Origin: Styela clava
Lineage: Eukaryota
Reading direction: 5' to 3'
DNA: 64,000 nucleotides
Assembly: GCF_964204865.1 (NCBI RefSeq)
Contig: NC_135250.1
Span: 27,714,001 to 27,778,000, forward strand
A program made the translations under genes and the position numbers. The first letter of the stretch is position 1, and each line of letters starts with the position of its first letter. Below are positions 11,367-23,932 of this stretch, in pieces. Below the pieces are notes generated by a model that saw nothing but the letters and a program-made list of their open reading frames with translations, was not told the origin of the DNA and ran no database searches.

Positions 11367-14300
11367 ACATAAGGTACCGTACCGGTACTGGTGGTGAGCG
11401 TATTCCTGACACCTAGCACAGTCAGACAGTAGCATGATCCGCCACACCCTGATACTGCTGAGCTTGTACCGTACCGTAAATTATCTCCGACTCAATAGCC
11501 CTGGTTTGGAGGGAATATTCATTTTCACGAGGAGGAAGTCTTTACTATATAATCAAACTGTTCACAATCTTTCCACTACTTCCTTTTTTCTCTGGGCAGC
11601 TAGGAGGAAGAAGATGAAAAGCCAAATTGACAGCCACCGCCCACCAGACCGGTACCGGTACCGTCAGACCGTACTGGCAGTCTATAAAGAAAAAGTATAA
11701 GAACCGATCGGCTGATAGACTAGTGCAGTAAAACAGACAACTAATTCACTTTCTACGGCATTTACATTACGGTACATACTTATATTCAGGCTACCGGTGT
11801 CTACTAACAGACTAACACACCAAAGGCGTGAATCTGTCCTAGACTGCTAAAAAGTGCACGAAAGTAGGAGGAAAAGCAGGCGGCCAGCGTTACTGAAATC
11901 AGCGTACAAAATCAGACTTTTAAGACTGCTCTTTAGCGAAGCCTAACGGCGACTACCTTTAATTCACTCTGGGAAAGAGAGGTCAAATCTTGTGACGGGT
12001 ACGGTAACTTTTATTTACAAGGATGTTATTTTTTCTATGGCATAAATATCGCACTCAAGATTAACAACATGTTCAATTTTGGTTTTACTACAAAGACTTT
12101 CAACCAAGTAGCACTACTCAGTAAACCTCGGTGACAGCAATCTAAGTTTGGTCCACACAATCTGTGAACCATTCTAGTAAAGTGTTGTTGCTAACCAAAA
12201 AAATGTTGCTTAGCGCTTCAACCTTTCAAACTTTTTATATATGATAAAAAGTGTTTATAACTGTGAAAAAACTATTGCAACTAGAAAATGTAAATTGTCG
12301 AACCACTTAAAGAGGTGGCAAGTTATCATAAACTCATATTTTTAAGTGCAATTGGATTTATGTGTTATCGTGTGTGAAAAAGTGATGTTTTTATTAAAAA
12401 AAAACTCAAACTATATATAGAGTATACTACAATTCAGCTACTGAACAGTGTTAGCATACAACATTAAAATTGTGGAGAAGTGGAAATGAATGATTTACTT
12501 ATTTGGCACGGTTGACAATTACCGACTTTCATACGACTCATCAGGGCATGACGACTGCTGCCAGGACCACTTTTTGGGGGGATGCTGCGATTTTGCAGTG
12601 TATTCTCATGTGGTTGGGCGGTAGATGATCCAAGAGATGCTGTACTAGAGATGCTGTAGGTTTTTTGTAATATGTCAGTGTTTTAAGGTACACGATAGAC
12701 TAGTTTGACACGATATCCGTCCTCTGACGATACTGCAGTACCGGTATGAGTGCACCACTAGCAGGTACGGTACCGGTACTCAACCCAAACGACAAATAGA
12801 CCGTGGTACTGTGCATGCAACTTAACATAAGTTAAGTAAGTATTAGATTTATAATAATAAAAAGACTGTTGAAGCAACATTTACGCACAGCGAACTTTTC
12901 GAAGCAGGTACAATGGTTGAGACTACGGGAAATCCCGGGATTTGGACTGTTTTTTTCAATCCGCATTCCGCAATCATTTCCAAAAAATCCCGGGATTATA
13001 AGATTTTGTTATCCACATATAGATATTCTCACAAATGGTTGGGTATACCATTTTATTTAATACTTATTTTGAAAAATAACCATTCACGCTTACAGTTTGA
13101 GTGGAAGTGGAATTATTGTGCGAAATTTTTCGCAAATTGTACAAAGAAATTATTATTTGACTAGTAGAATTGCCATTATTGCCGACTTATTTAATCATAA
13201 TTTGAACTCAAAATAGCATTCAGTATTCACGCAATGACTTTGCTGGGCTTTTATTCTTTATTTAATACGTAAATAAAGCAATCACACTTTAGAAAAGTAA
13301 AATCAAAAAGGTGAACTATCGTCTTCATAAATATCCGCATTCCGCCGTCAGAAATGATAATATATTTAGCTTAAAATTGGGAAGGTTAATTTACAAACGA
13401 TGACAAGAAAGATCAAAGGCGACTCAGAAGTTAAAAATCGGAATAAAACCCCCAATTCAACCCGATTTTCGACAATTATTCGATTTCGACAAATTATTCG
13501 ATTCAATGAAAATATACTATTTTGACCACCCTTGTGATCTGTAATCATGCCAGTAATCTGGCGAAACGCGAGGTAATCCAAACACTGATGCAATGAAACT
13601 TAATAAAACCTTCATAAATGTAGTAAATTGCACTACTTCACGAAAGCGTGGTGGAATGGACAATTATTTCATATATCGAACACAAAAATGGTTATCTTTT
13701 TCGGATAGTTTTTGCGGTCTGTAAAGTCGAAAAAGCGTTTCGACATAGTAAATGATATGATCTTTGCCATCAAATTATGCTTGGGCCTTGCACACGAAAT
13801 TCATAACGTGAAATGATACGTATAGCTGTGAAAATTGTTTATAACAACTTTAAACCTATTTAGTATTTTAAGGCTTTAAGCGATAATAATTAATTGTTGT
13901 AATGAAATACAGTTTGTTTGCCACTTTCATTTCTCTCGCGACTGCCGACAATAACACGAAAATAATTTTGGCAATGGGAGAAACATTGAATTGTAACAAA
14001 AATGAATTAGGTTGTGAAAAAGTGAGAACACATGCGATAATAATAAGGGCGTAACGTTGAAGGGCGTGCAAAACCGAAGCGCGTGGTTAGCGGTGCGTTA
14101 GAAGAGACCGTATTATAAGTACGGCCGCGCAACTTTTACAATAATGTGAGGTGCTCCGAAGACGCTCTCGTTTACATTAATGTAAGAAAACAGTTCTAAT
14201 ATCGGTAACTATTAACCATTTTTCGCGTTCGACTATCGCACTCTTAATGGCTAGTAAATATTCGAGTTTTGTGATAGGTGTGCCGCTAATGTTCAAAGAG

Positions 14301-15554
14301 CTAAATAGTGTGCCACGATAAGAAAAAAGGGTTGGGAACTGTCCTAGATGCTCTAATACTTCTGCTTCGATATTACATGAAATAAATACCGGTACGTGAT
14401 TTTATTGTCATGCAAGTTGTTTAAATTTTGATTGCGGTAATTGCCAACATTGTCTCCGAAATGAAGATTTCCATCATAAAATTACGACGTAGAAGAATAC
14501 GTCACAGATATACCATTTTGAACACTTACAATTCAAACACACAGAAAAACTGACAAAGTAAAACACCACCGATTTTGTGGATGTAGGATATATTTGTACC
14601 AATTCAAGCATTTAAAAGAGGCACAAGTAAAACATCTACTTTCACGAAAAACTGAAATTGTTTTGTTGCTCATCCCAGTCGTCGTCATCTTCGTTTCCCT
14701 CCATATTGTCTGCAAAAGTATAGTTAAAACAAACATATAAGTAGCCTACTTAGTCATGTGTGGCGTGACCTAATGTTAACATTTGTATTGCTTTTTCGTG
14801 TTATGTAGGATTAAAGGTAACGTGCACTGGAGTGGGCGGCATAAAAACCTTGAATGCACATAAATATATTTCAATTCGATAAGTTCCAATTCTTTGAATT
14901 GACTCCCAGCACCACTGCGTAATAGACCACGATGCAGGTCACTTTACTGCTGTTCCGCTGCGGAGTTTGATTGCACTATTTTTTACCGGCTTTAATCCGT
15001 TTCTCATAGCCATGGTATGGAAATATTCACAGTAGTTATTTAACTTAAACCTCATGTATGGCATAGCAGCATATGGAATCTTCTGAAAGTGGTATTAACT
15101 TGGATATCATCAAACGGTTTCGATGTGTATGGCCGTGCCCGTACCACTCATGTTACTGAGCGACACTGGAGTCAGAACAAAACTCTTCCAAATAAGACGA
15201 ATAGAATACTCTTTTCGCGCGAGTTGAAAATATTCTTACTTCGACTGTCGACTCAGCGTTGGCGAAATTTACCACATGTCTATTTATTGATGTTATCGCG
15301 TTTAAATATTTTGTACGATGCACAGTCAACACATTTAAAAAAAGTTTCTTTAATAAATTTATTTTTATAACCCTCAACTAATTCGTGATTATGATATTGC
15401 CCTTGACATATTTTACACACTTGTTTACAAAATCTTGAGATGTCACATGATCACATTGTGCATTTTGGGAATTTCGTTTCGTCGTTTCGAATTTCTGTGC
15501 AAAAAACTTCATGCTTCAAAATTCAATATATATATTATATATATATAATCATAG

Positions 15555-17352
15555 ACAAGCATCCAAATTGGCTATTGCCGTACATACAAATTATATTTTA
15601 CCACCAATACGACGGCGAAGCCAAGCTTTTAGCTCCTTCTCAGGTACATTTCTAATCCTCGCTAGCCATTTCAGCCACGATCCGCTATTCTTGTCCTTTG
15701 CTCGGGATCTGGAATGAATTAAATAATATGCAATTGAACAATGTTAAAATTCATTTGTACTGTTTGATCAGTTTGAAATAAGATAGCATGATATGGCGAC
15801 ATTTCCCATATTCAACTCTAAGAACTCGACGGTTCGTTGACTCATTTCAGGTAAACGTAGATGTCCAACTGGATAATTTCAATACAATTCCTTATATTTA
15901 GAACCTTTCCAATAGATATAAGATTGGAACTAGTGAATGGACTAAAAAGCTATGGTTCGCCATGTATTTGAGCCGCTCAGTGAATTCCCTTCTTTGTGAT
16001 GAAAAATGGAATATCCGTCTCTCTCCCTACCTGTCCTATCAATACCTCAATGGGTCCCTAACATACCAAATCGTGTCATCAGCTCAATAATAACAACTAA
16101 AAATGTGGGCAATGATTTATCGACGAAGTTTGTTCAGCATTCGAGAGTCAATTAAACATGTCTACCATCAGTGTCCAGAGAAGATACTTAGGCCATAATT
16201 TTATTCCATTTTTTTTTTTCTTATTTTATTTCTATTACGAGTTCGGGGACCGCCATCTTGGTTCACGTACTACGGGAATACCCCCAGGAAAACCTGTAAC
16301 AACTGGTGTTAGATGTTCACGATTCGTATACATGGTTAACCATGGACAAACTAGGATATCATCTTCTATTATATTTTAAAGCAAAGTCACTTGCCCTTGC
16401 ATAGGAGCAATGGAGTATAGGAACAAGACCCCTGTGTTTCTATTTATTTTGCTGTCTTGTTTTTATCGAACTTATTCTGTATCACTGTTATTGTAGCATA
16501 TATATATTACAATGCACTTACCGCCACAGGGAAGTCGTCGGAGTCACGACGTATAGAAGGATGAAAAGCAACAAGGTCAGCTTAAACATAACGAAAGCTG
16601 AGGAGTTACAATCTGCAAGTGAAACGTAAGTTAAATTTCAACCAACTGATCTACCGTGAGGTTTGGCTGTTTGTAAATATCTATTATTTTATTTAATAAT
16701 CTCATCGAACTAGACTAGACTATAGATATAGTACGTTACATTCCTGATCATATATGTAATTGACATTCTAATACTATTTTCGATGTTGCATTTTGTTTTT
16801 ATATGCTTGCTTGAAAGTTGCTGGATTTGGGCTCAAGCCTGTTAGCCACATCACCACTAATTTTCCGGTTTGTTTTCTTTTTTAGGGGTTTGAATAATCT
16901 TGCTAATCCAAAGGTAAGATGAACAGATCAGAAAATTAGTGTTAGATAATTAATCATAGGTTCTAGTAGGGATAGTGCTATTTGTTTTTTATATACCGTC
17001 ACTACCGTTTCTCAAAATTCGATCAATAATTTGGCCCTTCATTATCGACAACTCTGAGAGCAATACATTTTCAAGCGAAGTGCCCCGATTTAAGTAACCA
17101 TACATACAAGTTAAGCAAGGCTTACAATACTTAACTCCCACGCTGCTTAAAGCTTACCGCGATTAACTCCAACCAAAAGACTTCACGTAATACCTGTTGG
17201 CGAAATCAATTTGAGCGATACATTATGATAGCAGTATGCTATTACTCAATGCTTTTACCTGCTCTGTTATGTCACGCATATTCTATAACAACAACATTTT
17301 GCAGGTCTGGGAACTAGGTGCAAAGTGTTATATCAAGTTATTCATGTACTGA
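15555..17352 (+). other. Possible decayed or poorly conserved multi-exon gene
   Basis: Several canonical AG/GT-bounded segments; those at about 16497-16625, 16886-16912 and 17305-17352 are phase-compatible (...MKSNKVSLNITKAEELQSASETGLNNLANPKVWELGAKCYIKLFMY*). No recognisable domain. Confidence 0.22.
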
Positions 17353-17842
17353 CTTTCTGATCGGTTTTATTCCAGCTCTGTTGAGAATAAAAGCCGACGA
17401 AAATGGGATTAAAAGATGTGTCTTTTCTGTAGCCTTGTTTAGGGTGAAATCGTAAAAATAAATGAAATTGATAATGAGCCAGAATTGAATATAAAGTATA
17501 TTTATTCACAGAACGCTTAAATTCAGTTGCAGCTTGCAAGCAATTAATATTTAGTATATATATCAAGCCCACCTTCTGAAAGATATTCGGGCTATTTCCT
17601 CAACGTTTGTGAGTAGCCCACTGGAAGTAAAAACAAGACTAATGGTTGTAATTTATACATTTGGCTGATTAGTGGCAATATTTAGGCAACTTTGATAAAT
17701 GCATTAGAATATTTCAAAACCTATTTGTATGCCGGTTTTAACTCGAGCCTGAAGCTAGTGCGAGTATTATCTTAACTAAGTATGGATCGACGCGCTACTG
17801 TGGTTGACGATTTGAGTGTCTTCCATTGCATTCTCTCTTGGC

Positions 17843-18759
17843 CAGGCCTGCCCAACCTTCTCAGTGGCGGGGACACTTTCACATGAAGAAATTCATTGCG
17901 GTCACAACGATTTACCAAACTCGAATACCAGCTGATTCACATCGGTTGCGCGTCCCTGAATTAAACGCTTGGATTGCACAACGCACTGGCTGATTTCAGA
18001 CGAGCACACGAGAACACACTTCCGTCAACTAAGACGTCAAAATTGAGTGTTATTTTTGCGTCATGATATTTTTTTTATCTAAATACTTCCAGGGACAATG
18101 ATACTGTTTCAACTTTTAATGAACGTGACGTGCGCTAATATCGCGTGAGTTTTGACAACTTTTTAGTTTTGTAAATTTCGAAACAATAATACAAGCACCT
18201 AATTAAGTAACTATGATTTCGTAGTGGATATATTAATTTGAATAAGTAGAAATGTTATTAGTCAATGCGGAATTTAACAGATACGCTGTGACGACATTTA
18301 AGAAGTTTTATATAACGAAAAAAAATAACATAGACACGATGGAAAAATACAAACAGAAAAAGAGACGGCGAATCCCAGATCCAGTAGCAAAGACTTTTTA
18401 TTTTACAGGGGCGATCAAATCGGACACGATGGATATTAATCAGAATAAATTAATTCGGCTGCTTTCGTCAGCCACTCGCCGCCAACTATCGTGAAATAGC
18501 TTTAGAATTTGCGGGCCTGCAAGAAATGAAACGAACTTTATCATCAATGTTCACCAGAACGCAAGACTTGATACGTGATAATAATAAGAAGACCCAACAA
18601 TTGGATGTAGATGGCCCGAACAGTAACACCAAAATCGCAAAACATATTTTAGATTGTAAAAAATACTAATAATTTAAAGTCTGCTTATAAACTCATTATA
18701 TAGCGGTCCGCAATAGACAGCTTGGCGTACCACATGCTGCCGACGGTTGGACAGCCTTG
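17843..18759. mobile_element. hAT-like MITE (old)
   Basis: Ends CAGGCCTGCCCAACC and GGTTGGACAGCCTTG. The 8-bp flanks ctcttggc and ctttaggt match only 5 of 8. Confidence 0.5.
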
Positions 18760-19034
18760 CTTTAGGTATTGTAAAGCAGCAAATACTCTCTTATTTGATC
18801 TATATCGTATAATAGAGGCTGACATTAAGAAACAGCATTTTTGAAGTATTTGTATGTATATTGCAGTAATGAATATATTTCTAAATGTAAACGTTAGAGA
18901 AGAGACTATAAGTATGCACACTTGATATAACACACTTTTGCAGTCATTTTAATTTAATAGCAGTAGGCTACTTTAATAATTGGCTACACTGTTTACATTT
19001 CTTTCAAAGTGGCGTCAACTGATGTTTCAGTCTC

Positions 19035-20274
19035 TTATTCGAAAGAAAACTCTTCCAAATCTTCGTCTGTAAAACCACTTTGTGGGTGCCATTGAGGTTG
19101 AAATCCTAAAAGAACAAGTTCAATCGTGAGATACATGTTCCACATTGATTGAGTTTATCAGTACTCCCGTAGTATGTGTACCAGGTTAGGGTTGGGCCTT
19201 AATTTTATTCCAATTTTCCCTATTTTAGTTCTATTACTAGTTCGGTGACTGTCTTGTGTTAGCCAAGTGAATATACCCCCTGCCCATAGGCTTCCGTCCC
19301 TTTACACAACTTGTGTGAAGTAGTCGAAAAAAATAAGTTACCTCCATATTGGTACACACACTCCTTGAGCGCCAGTTTAGCTAACTCAGGCATAAAATAC
19401 TTTACCGGTATAAGAAAGGATATATTTCATTCATGTGTATATATATTTATTCACAACAGCAATATTCCTCGTTTAGTTTTCATTTTCAATATTATGAATG
19501 CTTAATATCTTTTGTACGAGTATTTTTAAAAGAACAAGATGGGCACTCGCTACTCCGAGTTTTCCAATTGCAGACTCACAGTTATATAAAGTTCCTCTAT
19601 TAAAATAACTTACTAGTAAAATGTAGCAGTGGCTAAAACATGGTTCCAATTTAATTTGACTTAACAGTTTTGAAGTCTGACTAAATTACCGATACCTTGG
19701 AGTTCAAAATGATGTTTTCGGGGGTATAAATAATGTCTTCAACACCAGCTTGCAACAACAGATTTCAAATCTATATTTCTGGTCTAAATACCATTTAAAA
19801 CTTTTTTTAGCGAATGTTTTAAATTTCAATAAAAACGAAATATTCTCACTTTTTGTGCCCCATTTCATTGGACGAAAGAAAGTTGTGCGAACTATTCCGC
19901 CACGAATTGTTTCACGAGGTCTTTGAAATGTGTGTCTAAATGGTCGATAAGTTTCTGTTCTTTTGCTGAAAAATTAGAGAAATATAAAATACAGATACGG
20001 CAGAATGAATTAAATTAGCTCATTATTAGAAACCTCATTCTTTTCATCTTCAAAACGAAATGTGCTATTTTAAATTCACAGTTTTCACCGTGATTACGCC
20101 TTTGTTTTTTGAAAACATTAGAAAATAACTAAAATTTCGTATTTCGTGCAAATTAAAAATATATATGAAACCAATAGATATAAAAACTTAAGAGATGTCG
20201 ACCTACCTCCACCACGAAGTTGATGTTTGGATTAGAAGTCCAACAATGCAAATGAATAAAATCATTCCATGCAT
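19035..20274 (-). CDS. Secreted host-defence-like prepropeptide, copy A (84 aa, 3 exons)
   Basis: Exons 20207-20274, 19850-19965, 19035-19105; GT-AG introns in phase 2 and 1. Protein MHGMILFICIVGLLIQTSTS-WWSKRTETYRPFRHTFQRPRETIRGGIVRTTFFRPMKWGTKRFQPQWHPQSGFTDEDLEEFSFE*. TATAAAA about 40 nt upstream of the ATG. Confidence 0.82.
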
Positions 20275-20310
20275 TATTTGGGTTATAATCTAGTTAACAA
20301 AAGAAACCAC

Positions 20311-20317
20311 TTTTATA
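20311..20317 (-). promoter_or_regulatory. Putative TATA box of peptide gene A
   Basis: GCTTATAAAAG on the minus strand. Conserved at 23991-23997 (B), 43968-43974 (E) and 62596-62602 (F); altered in C and D. Confidence 0.6.
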
Positions 20318-21884
20318 AGCTAGTCGTACGGTGCTAAACAATAACATGAAAAATGCATTAGTTTTACCATTGTTTTAACTTCTCAATAATCACTTCTCAA
20401 TTCGCCATAATACTTCATTACTCGTCAACTTTCTCATTTTAAAGTATAAGAAACTAAATATTACTGACCACAACATATTGAATGCGTGCAACACCTCCGA
20501 ATGTCGATGTTTATTAAACATACTCGAACTTTGGGGGCAGGATGACCAAACTTTTTTTTTCCATGTTTTGGTTTCATCGCCTAATATCACGAAGTCTGCG
20601 ATACTTTTGTCTCAGTTTCGTTTGTTATGGAACGTTCTTCATCAATCATGTTGTGAATCGATACAAGCTCATCTCTGTCTTATGTTAGTTGAGAATAATA
20701 TTGAGTCATTTCACGCGCCGTCATTTTACAATATGAACTACATGAAAATTCTGATGTTTTTGTATTCATAAGCAAAGAGTATGACAGAGTCTATTTTTCT
20801 TTGTCGATATCAAAAGCAATGCAATAGTCATAAAACATTACACTTACATCGGCATGGCTTTGGTATCTTTCAAAAAACATCTAAAAACTTTAAAACCTAT
20901 CTTGTGCAAAAAAATATAAAAGACAGTATTCATATACTCCTTCAATCAACGATAGTTACAATCTATTATTCGTGATTGACATTATTTATAGTTTTTAAAG
21001 GGTGAAATGATTCTTTAGAACAGTTTTCAAACGTGCTCTATTTTTAGAACTTTTCAAGTCTCGCGCCCTACCTCGAAAATAACTAGATATTACTAGAATA
21101 ACAGCTGGTATGTCGAAAGTGTGGTTTATTCCAGAAAATACGTTGAAAATGCGTGGGTGGAACGTAAATATATATAAAATATCCAAAATAAGGTGGAAGA
21201 TCAAATCTAACAAATATTTTAATAATTTCACGCCCTTTCAAAAAATTGTTCACGCCCCTTTTTGGTTGGACGCGCCTCACCGTTTGAGAACCACTGCTTT
21301 AGAATGTCGGATTGTCATGTTGGAGAGGTGTTGAGGGAGTACTATGTACCAAGAAGCCATTGAGAGTGTTATATCAACCTTGTGTGACACTTGATTTATC
21401 TGGCGCTAACAGCGACATTTTAGGGTAAATATCGAATGATAATCTAGTCTTGTGGAACTATTTTTGTACAAAAATAAAAGCAATACTTCATGATGTTTGG
21501 AATATTTCATTGAATAATATTGACTATTGCATATGCTGAACAAACTATTCCGGTATTTTAGAAACACGTATGCGTATTTCAAGCAAGGTGTGAAATACCA
21601 ACGGTAATTCAGGTGTTCACAGAATCCAGTACTTTGAGATATCACATGATTGCATTGTGCCCGTTGCGGTGTAAGAGGGTCCGACGTTCCCAATTCCGGT
21701 GCAAAAAAAAACTCGTTTGATAACGAATTTCTATACAGAGACAAACTTCAGCGGATGAAGTCGGCAAATTACATTGTTTTGTTAACATGGTTGAGGTCCC
21801 TATCCTCGAAACGAATTTGCCCAGCTTTAGCTAAAATGAGATCTTCATGTGGCGGAGTCTTCATGTGTATTCAGTTTATTATAT

Positions 21885-22168
21885 TGTTACTTATCGATCT
21901 TTAGATCGGTAAGTATGTTGATAGGTGTTTGTTTGTCTGTTAGATGCACGCGATATCTCACGAACGCGTGGTTGATTCTGCTCCAAATTTTGCATGTGCA
22001 TTCATCATATCTCGGACCAGAAGCCTATTAATTTTGGATTTATTAATTATGTCGTATAATTAGCGAGTTATTAATTAATTAGTGATGGGACACGCGGTGT
22101 CACTATAGAGTCATGAATCGAAACCGCAGTTTCGATCGATAAGTCTTCAGTCTCCGACCGATATTCTT
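21885..22168 (+). mobile_element. Helentron-associated (DINE-1/HINE-like) element
   Basis: Subterminal inverted repeat ACTTATCGATC (21889) and GATCGATAAGT (22134), GTTT/GTCT microsatellite near the 5' end, T-rich flanks. It interrupts a block that is contiguous in the paralog near 25590. Confidence 0.6.
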
Positions 22169-22468
22169 TTCTAAGTATTATCAAGTTACCGTATTTGATC
22201 AGTTTTTGGTGACCTGACTAATTTTCATTCCATTCCTTGGCATTGTAATTAAGTAACTTCTCTTCTGATTTGGTATTTATGCAATTTGCATTTGAATAAC
22301 GAATGTTTCAGTAATGAATGTAATTCCATATTAAACGTTACACAGAGAAGAGACTAAGAATACACAAATGCATAAGAAACACGCACTAGCATTTTGTGTG
22401 TCAACAAAAATCTACTTCAATTTGGATACCAGGTCATTTTGAGTGGCTGCAATTAGTGTTTTAGCTTC

Positions 22469-23932
22469 TTATTCGAATAAAAAATCTTCCAAATCTTCGT
22501 CTGCAGAATCACCTTGGACGTCCCACCTAGATAGGAATCCTGTGTATACAAACGTCAATCGTGAGATACATGTTCTACATTGACTGTCTTTTGCCAACTA
22601 GCTCCGGCCCGAAACACTTTGACAATATGAACATAACATTCCATAGGGGTATATAAATAATGACTATATTAATATTTCTAAGTTCGTTTCTCTATGGGTT
22701 TTCGACTTTATAAATAATGTTTTCCATGAGTATTTTCAAAAGCACAAGATCTATCGAGATGTGCACTCGCTACTTCGACTCCAGATTACTAGGTGATATA
22801 TATGTAACACTGCCTCAATCTCGTAGCTAAAATTATTTATCACTGCACATTAATCCCGTGAAAAGCATTGTTTCAATTTGATTCAACTTCGAAGTTAAAC
22901 ATCTGACTAAACAAATCTGTTCCGCCCCGCACCCTACATCAGGGGAATAAAATTGATACTTTATGAAAATATAAATAAAGACTTTAACACCAGCTAGCAA
23001 CAGACTCTAAATCCAATGTCTGTTAAGAATAGAAAATTGGAATTTTTTTGAGCGACTGTTGTCAATTATCACATTTAACGGATTGTTCTTACCCTTTACA
23101 TCCCATTTCCATGAATGGTAATTGGTTGTCTTTACCCCCCATTTACTTGGACGGAAATAGGTTGTTCTGGAAAAAAAAAAACGGTATGAAATACAGATAT
23201 GGTTCGTTTGTAGAATACATAATTAAGTCTGTCGTGGACAGTGTCGTCTTTACCATTGACCTAGAGGCATCTAGCTCTCTCAATTGTAAAGGTTTCTTCC
23301 AGAATGAAGCCGGTATAAAATGTTACAAAACTGATATTTGTTTAATGTTTTGGGCGGGTTATTATATTTTGTCCCAAATTTTTTAGCGTCCAAAAGATTA
23401 AAACAGAATACGACCGAATCAATAAATTTGTCCAGTTTTAAAAATCGCTACCTCTTCAATCTTGATAACGTAATATGCTATTTTAAAATACCAGTTTACC
23501 GTAATAATGCCATTACGTTTTTGAAAAAAAGAGAAAATATCTCAGCAACAACGAATCTAATACTTGATATATTTATTACTAGTTCGTATCGGTAGACGTA
23601 TTTCATGCAAGTTAAAATAAATTCAATACGTCATATGCAAGAAATGTATATGATGAAGTCACAAGGGTTTCATGACGTCAATATTACTCGAGTTACAAAG
23701 ACTGATTTCTCTGACTGATTTGCGTTTTCATTGTAAGCCACAGTTGAATAATTACAAAAGCTTTCAACCGTTACTAACAAAAATTAGGAAATACATGGAT
23801 TCGACAAAAATATTAAAACTTTAAATACTGTCCTCATAACCCCGATAAGATATCGACCTACCTATACCATGCCGAAGTTGATGTTTGGATTAGAAGTTCA
23901 ACAATGCAAATGAGTAAAATCATTCTATTCAT
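22469..23932 (-). CDS. Secreted host-defence-like prepropeptide, copy B (71 aa, 3 exons)
   Basis: Exons 23862-23932, 23093-23166, 22469-22539; phases conserved. Protein MNRMILLICIVELLIQTSTSA-WYRTTYFRPSKWGVKTTNYHSWKWDVKGFLSRWDVQGDSADEDLEDFLFE*. A Glu in the signal h-region may weaken secretion. Confidence 0.8.
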
